Assembly: GCA_964371655.1 (NCBI GenBank)
Contig: CAYJOD010000007.1
Coordinates: 81,145-145,144, forward strand
DNA length: 64,000 bases
Source of the DNA: an uncultured Candidatus Binatia bacterium
Lineage (GTDB): Bacteria; Desulfobacterota; Binatia; HRBIN30
Reading direction: 5' to 3'
Below are positions 39,688-49,019 of this stretch, piece by piece (within the stretch, counting starts at the first letter, position 1; every line of letters begins with the position of its first letter). The notes beneath the pieces were generated by a model. It saw nothing but the letters and a program-made list of their open reading frames with translations, was not told the origin of the DNA and did no database searches. The position numbers were made by a program, and so were the translations under genes.

Positions 39688-40842
39688 ATGACGTCACGGC
39701 AAGCTCGAAGCAAGTCGCAGCGGGTGACGCTGCTGGTGGCCACGAAGAAGGGAGCGTTTCTGCTCCGCTCCGATGCTTCGCGTCGGAGCTGGAAGCTGGA
39801 GGGCCCGCAGTTCCTCGGTCACATCGTCCATCACATCATGCTCGATCCGCGCGATCGACGCACGTTGCTGCTCGCCGCCAAGACCGGGCACCTGGGGCCG
39901 ACCGTGTTCCGATCGACCGATCACGGCAAGACCTGGAAGGAGGCGGCGCGACCGCCGTCGTTCCGCAAAGTCGCCGCCGGCGAAAAAGGGCGTGTCGTCG
40001 ATCACGTATTTTGGCTGACTCCCGGACACGCGAGCGAACCAGGTTGCTGGTACGCGGGTAGCTCACCACAAGGCCTGTTTCGCTCAGAGGATAACGGCGG
40101 CACCTGGGAGCCGGTGGCCGGCTTCAATGATCACCCGATGTACAGACAGTGGACGGGAGGCGACCAGGACGGCACGCCGGACGGCCCAAAGATGCACTCG
40201 GTGATCGTCGATCCGCGCACCGCCTCACACTTGTACATCGGCATGTCGAGCGGCGGCGTTTTCGAGAGCACCGACAAGGGCGCGAGCTGGCAGCCGCTCA
40301 ACGCCGGTAGCATGGCCGTCAACCCGGACCCCTTTCCTGAATACGGCCAAGACCCACACTGTGTCCGCCTGCACCCGCTGGCGCCGGACATCCTGTATCA
40401 ACAGAATCACTGCGGCATCTATCGCATGGAGCGAAGCGAGGGCCGCTGGCAGCGGATCGGTGAGAACATGCCGAAGAAGGTCGGCGACATTGGTTTCCCC
40501 ATGGTGCTGCACCCGCGCGATCCGAAAACCGCGTGGGTGTTCCCGATGGACGGAAGCACGGTGTGGCCCCGCACCAGCCCGGATGGCAAGCCGGCGGCCT
40601 ACGTGACCCGCAACTCCGGGAAGACGTGGAAGCGACTCGATCAAGGCTTGCCCAAGAGTCAGGCGTGGTTGACGGTCTTTCGCCAGGCGATGACCTGCGA
40701 CAGCGCCGACCCGGTCGGCATCTACTTTGGGACCACCACCGGCGAGCTGTGGGCGAGTCGCAACGAGGGTGAGCGCTGGACCTGCATCGCGCGCCATCTG
40801 CCACACGTCTACGCGATCGAGACGGCCGAGCTTGGTCGATGA
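39688..40842 (+). CDS. BNR/Asp-box repeat beta-propeller protein (sialidase-like / glycosyl-hydrolase-like)
   Basis: Four Asp-boxes: STDHGKTW, SEDNGGTW, STDKGASW, TRNSGKTW. Confidence 0.7.
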   Translation: MTSRQARSKSQRVTLLVATKKGAFLLRSDASRRSWKLEGPQFLGHIVHHIMLDPRDRRTLLLAAKTGHLGPTVFRSTDHGKTWKEAARPPSFRKVAAGEKGRVVDHVFWLTPGHASEPGCWYAGSSPQGLFRSEDNGGTWEPVAGFNDHPMYRQWTGGDQDGTPDGPKMHSVIVDPRTASHLYIGMSSGGVFESTDKGASWQPLNAGSMAVNPDPFPEYGQDPHCVRLHPLAPDILYQQNHCGIYRMERSEGRWQRIGENMPKKVGDIGFPMVLHPRDPKTAWVFPMDGSTVWPRTSPDGKPAAYVTRNSGKTWKRLDQGLPKSQAWLTVFRQAMTCDSADPVGIYFGTTTGELWASRNEGERWTCIARHLPHVYAIETAELGR

Positions 40843-41099
40843 AGGTGTTCGTCCCGACACCGTTGCGCTCCTACGTCGGCAAGCAGGCGCAGGTGGACGC
40901 GGCCGGGCAGACACTCGCGGAGCTGCTCCTCGACCTCGATCGACGCTACCCCGGCATGCGTTTCCGGATGGTCACCGAGCAAGATGAGCTGCGGCCGCAC
41001 ATGCGTATCTTCGTCAACGGCGACGAGTCGCGGGATCTCAGCACGCCTCTGCGGCCGCAGGACGAAGTCCACATCCTCCAGGCCCTGAGCGGCGGCTGA
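40839..41099 (+). CDS. MoaD/ThiS-family ubiquitin-like sulfur-carrier protein (C-terminal Gly-Gly)
   Basis: 86 aa ending ...ILQALSGG. ATGA overlap with the preceding BNR gene. Confidence 0.6.
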   Translation: MKVFVPTPLRSYVGKQAQVDAAGQTLAELLLDLDRRYPGMRFRMVTEQDELRPHMRIFVNGDESRDLSTPLRPQDEVHILQALSGG

Positions 41100-41158
41100 G
41101 CAATCGACATAAGGGTGCGCGGCAGCGCACCTGCGGCGATAGTTGGATCGTCCGCGCG

Positions 41159-41497
41159 CTACTGCCCAGGTGGCAATCCGAGCGCAACGCCCAAGGCGCG
41201 ATTGAAATGAGCTAGCTTCGGGGGTGCGAGAGTCCCGACGAACTGCGTCAGCTTGCTCTTGAACATCAGTGTAAGGAAGTCGCAGCGGATCGCACAAATC
41301 CTTGGCAGACCGTCTTCGGGGCCCAAGACGACTTCCGTGGAGAGCCCGAGGACGTCACTGTAAACTGGGGCACATATGACCGTTGATACATCGTCGTGTC
41401 GGGCAATGAAGGCTCTCGAGGCGACGACGTAGAAACCCGGCTTGTCTCCTCTTTCGGCGACTCGTTCGCGCGTGCGGTAAATTTCGCCGCGATTCAC
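41159..41497 (-). CDS. MazF/PemK-family toxin
   Basis: GEIYRTRERVAERGDKPGFYVVASRAF...VICAPVYSD pattern. Confidence 0.65.
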   Translation of the reverse strand: MNRGEIYRTRERVAERGDKPGFYVVASRAFIARHDDVSTVICAPVYSDVLGLSTEVVLGPEDGLPRICAIRCDFLTLMFKSKLTQFVGTLAPPKLAHFNRALGVALGLPPGQ

Positions 41498-41730
41498 GAG
41501 CGTGCCTGAGCGGCCACCAGTGCTTTAGCCTGCCGATTCAGACGAGCCCGGTTTCGCCGCAGAATCTCGCCCTCCTTCGCTTCCTGGCTGCGGCGACTTT
41601 CGCGCTCCGCCAACTCACGGACCGCGAGACGGATTCCGGCCGAGCGATTACGGATACGCGGTGAGGTCTTGGTCAACTCCTCAAGCAAACCCAGAGTATC
41701 TTCATCGATGGTCACGGCGATGGTCTTCAT
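41494..41730 (-). CDS. Ribbon-helix-helix (CopG-like) antitoxin
   Basis: MKTIAVTIDEDTLGLLEEL RHH N-terminus. 4-nt overlap with the toxin. Confidence 0.65.
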   Translation of the reverse strand: MKTIAVTIDEDTLGLLEELTKTSPRIRNRSAGIRLAVRELAERESRRSQEAKEGEILRRNRARLNRQAKALVAAQARS

Positions 41731-41889
41731 ATTGCGATCCTATATAGTTTCTACGTCTACCGAGCAACGTGACGTCGAATCCAACAGCGCGCTCCAGCCT
41801 CTGCGTGCCGGGCTTCCTTGCCAAGCCCACCCTCAAAAGGTAGTTTGCCCGCTATGCCCGACTATCGGCGGCGCGCGGCGCGCGCGGCT

Positions 41890-43257
41890 ATGAGCGTGAA
41901 ACTCGACGTCAACGGAATGATGGCGGAAGCCATCGGTGACGCCGGCGTCGGGCGCGAGGATGTGGAAGCTTTGGCGCCCCGGCTCTCCGAGGTCACGCAC
42001 ACCCTCAAGGGACGGCGTGGCGCCGGCGAGCTGCCCTTCTGCGAGCTTCCCTACCAGAAGAGCGCGCTCGCACGCATCAAGGCCCTCGCCGCCGAGGTGC
42101 GCGACGAAGTCGACACTCTGGTGGTTCTCGGTATCGGCGGATCGGCGTTGGGGACCAAGACGCTCATGCAAGCCTGCGGGTCCGAATCGCCGCGTGTGAT
42201 CGTTGCCGACAACGTCGATCCGTGGACGTTCTGCAAACTCGTCGACGGGCTCGATCTGCAGCGCACGGCCTTCAACGTCATCAGCAAGTCCGGTGAAACC
42301 GCCGAGACGATGGCGCAGTTTCTCATCGTCCGCGATCTGTTGCTGCGCACGCTGGGGGGCGTCGACTATGCCAAACGTGTGATCATCACCACCGATTCCG
42401 ATCGTGGCGCGCTGCGCCAGGTCGTGCACGACGAGGGCTTTCGCGATCTCATCATCCCCGCCGGCGTCGGCGGACGCTTTTCGGTGCTGACGTCGGTGGG
42501 CCTGTTCCCGGCGGCGTTCGCCGGCCTGCGCGTCGACGACCTGCTCGCCGGGGCGGCGTGGATGGACAGCCGCTGTCAGGACGCCGATGTGTGGCAGAAT
42601 CCGGCGCACCTGTTGGCCACGTTGCTGTACCTGGCCGACACCCGCCACAAGCAGAACATCGTCGTGATGATGCCCTACAGCGACCGCCTGTTCTGGTTCT
42701 CGGCATGGTTTGCCCAACTCTGGGCGGAAAGCCTCGGCAAAGCGCTGACCCTCGAAGGAAGCGCGGCCCACGTCGGTCAGACTCCGGTCACAGCCGTGGG
42801 GGCCACCGACCAGCACTCTCTCGTGCAGCTGTTCACCGAAGGCCCGTTCGACAAGGTCGTGTGCATGCTGCGGGTCGAGGACCACGGTCGTGAGCTGCCG
42901 GTACCGGCGGCGTATGGTGACATCGAGAGCCTCGGCTATCTGGGCGGCACCGGTCTCGGCGCTCTCCTCAACCTCGAGCAGCGCGCCACCGAGCTGGCAC
43001 TGATCAAACAGGGGCGCCCGGTGACGACTTTGACCTTGCCGCAGATCAACGAGTTCACCCTCGGCCAACTCTTCTATCTATTCGAGGTCGCCGTCGTGTT
43101 TGCCGGCGGCCTCTACCGCGTCAACCCCTTCGACCAGCCCGGCGTCGAAGAGGGCAAGCGCCTGACCTATGCCCAAGTGGGTCGCAAAGGGTTCGACGCC
43201 AAGCGCGTCGAGGTCGAGTCGCTCCTGGGTCGCAAGCGACCCGAGTACATTCTGTGA
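41890..43257 (+). CDS. pgi: Glucose-6-phosphate isomerase
   Basis: SIS-domain motifs VVLGIGGSALG, ISKSGETAET. Alternative ATG at 41854. Confidence 0.8.
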   Translation: MSVKLDVNGMMAEAIGDAGVGREDVEALAPRLSEVTHTLKGRRGAGELPFCELPYQKSALARIKALAAEVRDEVDTLVVLGIGGSALGTKTLMQACGSESPRVIVADNVDPWTFCKLVDGLDLQRTAFNVISKSGETAETMAQFLIVRDLLLRTLGGVDYAKRVIITTDSDRGALRQVVHDEGFRDLIIPAGVGGRFSVLTSVGLFPAAFAGLRVDDLLAGAAWMDSRCQDADVWQNPAHLLATLLYLADTRHKQNIVVMMPYSDRLFWFSAWFAQLWAESLGKALTLEGSAAHVGQTPVTAVGATDQHSLVQLFTEGPFDKVVCMLRVEDHGRELPVPAAYGDIESLGYLGGTGLGALLNLEQRATELALIKQGRPVTTLTLPQINEFTLGQLFYLFEVAVVFAGGLYRVNPFDQPGVEEGKRLTYAQVGRKGFDAKRVEVESLLGRKRPEYIL

Positions 43258-43259
43258 GC

Positions 43260-45149
43260 ATGACCGAAGCCGCGGCCGATGCTCGCCGTGGCCGCATCGA
43301 AGTTCTACCACCCGAGGTTGCCGATAAGATCGCTGCCGGCGAAGTCGTCGAACGGCCGGCATCCGTCGTCAAGGAGCTGGTCGAGAACTCGATCGACGCC
43401 GGGGCCCGGCAAATTCGCGTCGAGCTCGAAGACGCGGGGATTGGCCTGATCGCGGTGGTCGATGACGGCGAGGGCATGACGGCGGACGACGCGGTCACCG
43501 CCGTGCAGCGTCATGCGACCAGCAAGGTCCGCTGCGTCGACGATTTGTTTCGCATCACCACCCTGGGTTTTCGCGGCGAAGCCCTCGCCAGCATCGCCGC
43601 GGTGTCGACGATGACTCTGGTGACGCGGCGCGGCGACGACCTCAGCGGTACACAGATTTCGGTGCGCGGCAGCCACCTCGAAGACGTGCGCAGCGTCGGC
43701 ACGGCGGCGGGGACGCGCGTCGAGGTCGTCGATCTCTTCGGCAACACACCGGCGCGGCGCAAGTTTCTCAAGGCACCGGCAACCGAGGTCGGCCACGTCA
43801 GTGAGCTCATCACACGCACCGCGTTGGCGTGGCCACAGGTGAGCTTCTCGCTCAAGCACGGTACCCGTAAGCTTGCCGAGTATGCCGCGGTCAGCGATCC
43901 GCGCGAACGTGTCTTGCAGGTGTTCGGCAAGGAGCGTGGCGCCGCGCTGCTGGCATTCCAGGGGCACAGCGGAATCGGCGCCATTCGCGGCTGGCTGACC
44001 GGATCGCATTACAGCCTGCCGACGCCGCGCCAGATCTTCACCTACGTCAACGGGCGCTATGTTCGCGACAAGCTGGTGAGCCACGCCCTCGTCGCCGGCT
44101 ACAGCACCTTGCTCATGCACGGCCGCTATCCGGCCGCGGTGGTGTTCATCGACGTGGCGCCGGACGAGGTCGACGTCAACGTTCACCCGGCCAAGTCCGA
44201 GGTGCGCTTCCGCCGCGGCGGCGCCGTTCACGATCTGATCACGCGCACCGTCATGGAGCGACTGCGCACCCAGACCGGCGGCTTCGCCACATCCGATCCG
44301 CCGCACCTGGCGGGGGCGGACGACTCCAGTCTGCAGCTCGCGATCGGGTTGCGTCCCCTTGCCGGTGACGCGCCACTTCGCCTGGTGCCTTTTCCGCAGG
44401 CGGGACGGGCTCCCGACAGCGCTCCGAGCCTCGATCCCGATTCGATTGTGCATGCGTTTCACTCACAGGACGCGACCCAGGCCGCCAACATGGATACGCC
44501 CGCCTCCACACCGCGCTCGCCGTGGACCTCGCTGACGATGCGCGCGCCGGCACCCACGGCGAGCGGCTTCTTCAGCGGCCTGCGTGTGATCGGTCAAGCT
44601 TTCGAGGGCTATGTCATCTGCGAAAACGGCAGCACCCTGGTGGTGATCGACCAGCACGCCGCGCACGAACGGGTCACCTTCGAGCGCTTGCGCCACGCCT
44701 ACGCCAGCGGCGGCGTCAATCGCCAACGCCTGTTGATTCCGATCGTCGTCGACGTCGGCGCGCAAGCGGCGCCGCTGCTCGCGGAGCGACTGGGCGAGCT
44801 GGAAGGATTGGGCTTCGAGCTCGAGGCCTACGGCGGCAGCAGTTTCGCCGTGCGCGGCGTGCCGGCGTTGCTGAGCGACACCGATCCGACCGTGCTGGTG
44901 CGCGACCTCGCGGAGGAGCTCACCGACGTCGGGCGCTCGCGGCGTCTGACTCAAGCCGCCGAGTCGGTACTGGCACGGCTCGCTTGCCACAACGCCGTCC
45001 GCGTCGGGCAGAGTCTCGGCGCCGAACAGATTCGCGCCCTGCTGACGGCGATGGACAGCGTCGACTTCGCCGGCAACTGCCCGCATGGCCGTCCGGCGTT
45101 CATTACTCTGCCGCGTACCGATCTGGAGCGGCTGTTCAAACGTACGTGA
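43260..45149 (+). CDS. mutL: DNA mismatch repair protein MutL
   Basis: IAAGEVVERPASVVKELVENSIDAG GHKL ATPase N-terminus, MutL C-terminal dimerisation region. In-frame GTG at 43254 overlaps the pgi stop. Confidence 0.9.
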   Translation: MTEAAADARRGRIEVLPPEVADKIAAGEVVERPASVVKELVENSIDAGARQIRVELEDAGIGLIAVVDDGEGMTADDAVTAVQRHATSKVRCVDDLFRITTLGFRGEALASIAAVSTMTLVTRRGDDLSGTQISVRGSHLEDVRSVGTAAGTRVEVVDLFGNTPARRKFLKAPATEVGHVSELITRTALAWPQVSFSLKHGTRKLAEYAAVSDPRERVLQVFGKERGAALLAFQGHSGIGAIRGWLTGSHYSLPTPRQIFTYVNGRYVRDKLVSHALVAGYSTLLMHGRYPAAVVFIDVAPDEVDVNVHPAKSEVRFRRGGAVHDLITRTVMERLRTQTGGFATSDPPHLAGADDSSLQLAIGLRPLAGDAPLRLVPFPQAGRAPDSAPSLDPDSIVHAFHSQDATQAANMDTPASTPRSPWTSLTMRAPAPTASGFFSGLRVIGQAFEGYVICENGSTLVVIDQHAAHERVTFERLRHAYASGGVNRQRLLIPIVVDVGAQAAPLLAERLGELEGLGFELEAYGGSSFAVRGVPALLSDTDPTVLVRDLAEELTDVGRSRRLTQAAESVLARLACHNAVRVGQSLGAEQIRALLTAMDSVDFAGNCPHGRPAFITLPRTDLERLFKRT

Positions 45150-45400
45150 GGTAGGGTGCGGGGGTTCTGGGGTTCTGGGGTGCGGGAGTGCGGGAGTGCG
45201 GGGGTTCATCGAGCAAGGTTCAGCGGTTGTAGCGGCACCCTCAAGACTCATGAGATCAGATCGCAGCGCGGGTTGACGCCCGCGTTCGAATGAAGACAAC
45301 CGACTCAGATACACTGAGAAGGCACCCCCGAACCCCAGCACCTCAGCACCCTATGAACCCCCGCACCCCCGCACCCCAGCACCCCCGAACCCTTCCACGT
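45150..45400 (+). repeat. Inverted pair of tandem heptamer-like arrays (gggtgcgggggttctggggttctggggtgcgggagtgcgggagtgcggggg ... cccccgcacccccgcaccccagcacccccgaaccc)
   Basis: Sits between mutL and miaA. The track ORF 45290.. translates the right arm as PRTPAPQHP repeats. Confidence 0.7.
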
Positions 45401-46303
45401 GTCGTCGCCCTCGTCGGACCCACGGCTTCCGGGAAGACCGAGCTCGGCATCGCCCTCGCCGAACGTTTCGGGGCCGAGATCGTCAACGCCGACTCGCGTC
45501 AGGTCTACCGTCGTCTCGACATCGGCAGCGCCAAGCCGACTCCGGCGCAACGGGCTCGGGTTCGACATCACCTGATCGACGTGGCTGAGCCCAACGAGCA
45601 CTTCGACTGCGCCCGCTATCGAGAGCTGGCGTCGGCGGCGATCGCGGATATCGACGCGCGCGGCAAGCGCGTGCTCGTCGTCGGCGGCACCGGTCTCTAT
45701 GTGAAGGTGCTGCTGCGCGGTGTATTTGAAGGACCGCACCGGCATCCGCTTCTACGTGCCGCGCTCGAGCAGGAAGAGCACGAGGCCCCCGGCAGCCTGC
45801 ATCGGCGTCTGAGCGCCGTGGACCCGGCGACGGCGGCACGCCTGCATCGCAACGATCGCTCTCGTCTGATCCGTGCGCTCGAGGTGTACGAGCTGACGGG
45901 CAAGCCCATCAGCGTGTGGCAAGATGAACACCGCTTCCAGCAACGCCAGTTCGACAACCTGTCGCTGGCCCTAGAGTTGCCGCGCCCTGAGCTTTACGCC
46001 CGCATCGACGCGCGCTGCGACGAGATGCTCGCGGGGGGCCTGATCGAAGAGGTGCGCCAGCTGCTGGCCGATGGGATCGCAACCAACGCTGAGGCTATGC
46101 ACAGCCCGGGCTACCGCGAGGTTGCCGAATACCTGCTTGGCAACGGCGATCTCGCGAGCACGCGCCGGCGCATGGCACAAGCGACGCGCCGGCTGGCGAA
46201 ACGTCAGCTCACCTGGTTTCGCGGCGATCCGGAAACGCACTGGTGTGCACCAGACCTTGCGGAGCTCGAGCGTCGCGTCGAACCGTTTTGGACGCACGGA
46301 TGA
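45353..46303 (+). CDS. miaA: tRNA dimethylallyltransferase
   Basis: VALVGPTASGKTELGIALA P-loop, ADSRQVYRRLDIGSAKP. True start uncertain because the 5' end overlaps the repeat array. Confidence 0.8.
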   Translation: MNPRTPAPQHPRTLPRVVALVGPTASGKTELGIALAERFGAEIVNADSRQVYRRLDIGSAKPTPAQRARVRHHLIDVAEPNEHFDCARYRELASAAIADIDARGKRVLVVGGTGLYVKVLLRGVFEGPHRHPLLRAALEQEEHEAPGSLHRRLSAVDPATAARLHRNDRSRLIRALEVYELTGKPISVWQDEHRFQQRQFDNLSLALELPRPELYARIDARCDEMLAGGLIEEVRQLLADGIATNAEAMHSPGYREVAEYLLGNGDLASTRRRMAQATRRLAKRQLTWFRGDPETHWCAPDLAELERRVEPFWTHG

Positions 46304-46332
46304 GACCTCCGAGGCTGTGAAGAGTTTTCTGG

Positions 46333-46410
46333 TCTGGTGGCGCAGGCGTCTCTGCCTGCGCAGCCGGGCAGGCACGGAGGCCTGCCCCACCAGTGCCTGG
46401 TTCTTACAGA
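46333..46410 (-). repeat. F8 element copy
   Basis: Reverse complement of the 9588-9660 motif. Confidence 0.65.
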
Positions 46411-46658
46411 ACCTCGCACAATATGGTGACAGGGAGCGGTAGAGAGATGTCCGTTCGTCCCGAGTAGGAGCCCTCCTGAGTAGCGAAGCGTATCGAAGGG
46501 TTTTCCGGGCTCCGTATCGAGGGACAGGTGAGGCGCATGAATTTTTCAGGTCAGTGCTCTCGCTCCGAAGTCTCAGCAATTGCTTCACACCAAAGTCGCC
46601 CTTGCGGCTCCGGTCTATGCTCGATAGCTTTGACTGCACAGATGGAGTCCCAACGACG

Positions 46659-46913
46659 ATGGCCAAGGTGATTGTCTACACAACCGACTACTGTCCATAC
46701 TGCCTGCGCGCCAAGAATCTGCTGCGGCACAAGGGCGTGGCGTTCGAAGAGATCGATGTCAGCGAAGATGATGCGCTGCGCGAGCAGGTGGTAGCCAAAT
46801 CCGGGCGGCGGACGGTGCCGCAGATCTTCATCGACGGCAAGTCGATCGGTGGCTTCGATGAGCTCTACGCGCTCGACCAGGAAGGCGAGCTCGACCGCAT
46901 CCTGGCGGCGTAG
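46659..46913 (+). CDS. grxC: Glutaredoxin 3
   Basis: MAKVIVYTTDYCPYCLRAK CPYC active site. Confidence 0.9.
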   Translation: MAKVIVYTTDYCPYCLRAKNLLRHKGVAFEEIDVSEDDALREQVVAKSGRRTVPQIFIDGKSIGGFDELYALDQEGELDRILAA

Positions 46914-46914
46914 C

Positions 46915-47480
46915 AGCTAACCCCAATGCCGGGCGGTTACGAAGTTTCCGCCCCGAAGGGGCAAGAATTCGAAAGCCCAGGGCAACGCCCTGGGAATACC
47001 GTTGTGAACCGATAGAAGCCCTGAAGGGGCGAGATTCGCGCGGCCACTCTATGAGCTTCGCCCTTTCAAGGCTTGCGACTCAGCCCGAATAACTCAGCTG
47101 GAACCTCGGATGGACGCTGATGAACGCCGATAAGACCAGCCAGAAACCGGACATGCAGGGAATCCGGCGTTGATGCCCCTTCGGGGGCTGGCTTTCGTTA
47201 ATGATTTTGACGGGGCGCTGAATCGCTGCGACTGTCCACTGGATTGGACAGGGCAGTCCAGCATTCTGGACACACGACGGATCTTGCGGTGAACCGCGGG
47301 CTGGCTGGACCAGCTTTGCCCAACAATTCGGTTCCGGGTTCGGAGTTCCGCCTTTAGGCGGCCTCAGCGGAATGCCAGCGTTCCAATTGGCACCGCCTAA
47401 AGGCGGAACTCCAAACGGTCCGCGTGTTGCTTGCACACGGGCCCGACGAATTGTTGGGCAAAGCCGGCGGGACCAGACCG
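46915..47480 (+). other. About 560-bp non-coding region packed with GC-rich stem-loops (gccccgaaggggc; gcccagggcaacgccctgggaa; gccccttcgggggc; a 22-bp perfect IR ggagttccgcctttaggcgg/ccgcctaaaggcggaactcc; a 17-bp IR ttgcccaacaattcg/cgaattgttgggcaa)
   Basis: No ORF with coding character except a possible 78-aa minus-strand ORF at its right edge. Confidence 0.5.
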
Positions 47481-47487
47481 CGAACCC

Positions 47488-47724
47488 CTACATCAAGCGC
47501 GCCGCGCAGACTTCGTCTTTCATACGCGACATGAAAGAGGTCAGCGAGCGCATGGCGTCAGTCGGCCAGCTACCCCCCTCGAGTAGCGAGGACATCACCA
47601 TCAGCACGGCGCAGCGAACCAGGGCTTCCGCTTGATCGTCATCCAGGGCCGAGTCCAACACCGGCAGCGCGGTCTCGATGTCGACCGTAAAACCTCCACT
47701 GCTGCAAACGAATAGTCGCGACAT
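47488..47724 (-). CDS. Possible small hypothetical protein (78 aa)
   Basis: AGAGAGGGG RBS 7 nt before ATG (MSRLFVCSSGGF...). No homology recognised. Confidence 0.3.
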   Translation of the reverse strand: MSRLFVCSSGGFTVDIETALPVLDSALDDDQAEALVRCAVLMVMSSLLEGGSWPTDAMRSLTSFMSRMKDEVCAARLM

Positions 47725-48088
47725 CGCATTACCCCTCTCTAGGTGCGGCAAGCTTCCACCTCTGCCGCAGCGGCCTGCCGAACGTTTGGCGAGGAAACAT
47801 GCCAGCACATCGAATGCCATCAGCGCCGACCCGGGATCACGGAACCAACAGCGCGGGCGTGTCCAAAATACTTGGCAGCGGTGAGCTCAAGTTCACCCCG
47901 GCGACCGACTCGTTGTGATTCCACGAGCACGTAACCGGTCCAAGGAACCGCACTGCGTCGATTTGCTATCGAGCGCGCGGCACGCCGTGCACGCACAGCA
48001 GTTCACCGGTTTGACGCTTTTACGAAACCTTAGCCGTTGCTTCTGGCGCGCATGTCGCCTAACGGACATAGCCCTGGAGGGCATTCAA

Positions 48089-48991
48089 ATGAGCAAGCTT
48101 TGCGAGGGTCGGGTAGCGATTGTCACCGGTGCGGGGCGCGGCATCGGGCGCGAGCATGCGCTGATGCTGGCGGCGCATGGAGCGAAGGTCGTTGTCAACG
48201 ACCTCGGCAGCGCACGCGACGGCACCGGCGCTTCCAACGGACCGGCCGAGGAAGTTGTCGCCGCGATCAAAGCGGCGGGCGGCGCAGCGATCGCCAATGG
48301 CAACGACATCAGCGACTGGGCTGGTGCCGAGGCCATGATCAAGCAGGCCCTCGACACCTTCGGACGCCTAGATGTCCTGGTCAACAACGCCGGCATCCTA
48401 CGCGACCGCATGCTGGTCAACATGACCGAGGCGGAGTGGGACGCGGTCATCAAAGTTCACCTGAAGGGCACCTTCTCGCCGGCCCACTTTGCTGCCGTTT
48501 ACTGGCGCGACGAGGCTAAGGCCGGACGTCCGGTCGATGCGCGCATCATCAACACCACCTCGGTCTCCGGCATCTACGGCAACCCCGGACAAACGAACTA
48601 CGGAGCGGCCAAGGCCGGCATCGCGGCGTTCACGATCATCGCCGCGCGCGAGCTGAGACGTTACGGAATCACAGTCAATGCCGTGGCTCCGGGTGCACTG
48701 ACGCGCATGACCGAAGATATCGGCATGGGCCGCGGCACCGACGAGGAGAAGGCGCGATTGCATCCACGCTGGATCGCACCGATCGTCACCTGGCTGGCGA
48801 GCGCCGAGTCGGCACACGTCAGCGGCCGCGTCTTCGAAGCTTCCGGACACCTCCTCGGCATCGCCGAGAGCTGGCACCGCGGGCCGGTAATGGATCCGGT
48901 CGACGACCCGACTCGTCTCGGGCCACTCGTCGACGACATGCTCAAGCGCGCCCGCAAGAACTCCGGCATGGACGGACAGGATCTCGATTGA
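48089..48991 (+). CDS. SDR-family oxidoreductase
   Basis: TGAGRGIG cofactor motif, catalytic YGAAK. GGAGGG RBS. Confidence 0.8.
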   Translation: MSKLCEGRVAIVTGAGRGIGREHALMLAAHGAKVVVNDLGSARDGTGASNGPAEEVVAAIKAAGGAAIANGNDISDWAGAEAMIKQALDTFGRLDVLVNNAGILRDRMLVNMTEAEWDAVIKVHLKGTFSPAHFAAVYWRDEAKAGRPVDARIINTTSVSGIYGNPGQTNYGAAKAGIAAFTIIAARELRRYGITVNAVAPGALTRMTEDIGMGRGTDEEKARLHPRWIAPIVTWLASAESAHVSGRVFEASGHLLGIAESWHRGPVMDPVDDPTRLGPLVDDMLKRARKNSGMDGQDLD

Positions 48992-49019
48992 TGTTGGATT
49001 GTTGACCGTGGGTCAGTTT

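Noticed and set aside
47250-47300. Local similarity of ...cagcattctggacacacgacgg... to the tmRNA 5' end (GGGGCTGATTCTGGATTCGACGGG).
   Set aside because: Only about 15 nt of resemblance. No tRNA-like 3' end (T-arm or CCA) or tag-peptide reading frame was found nearby.
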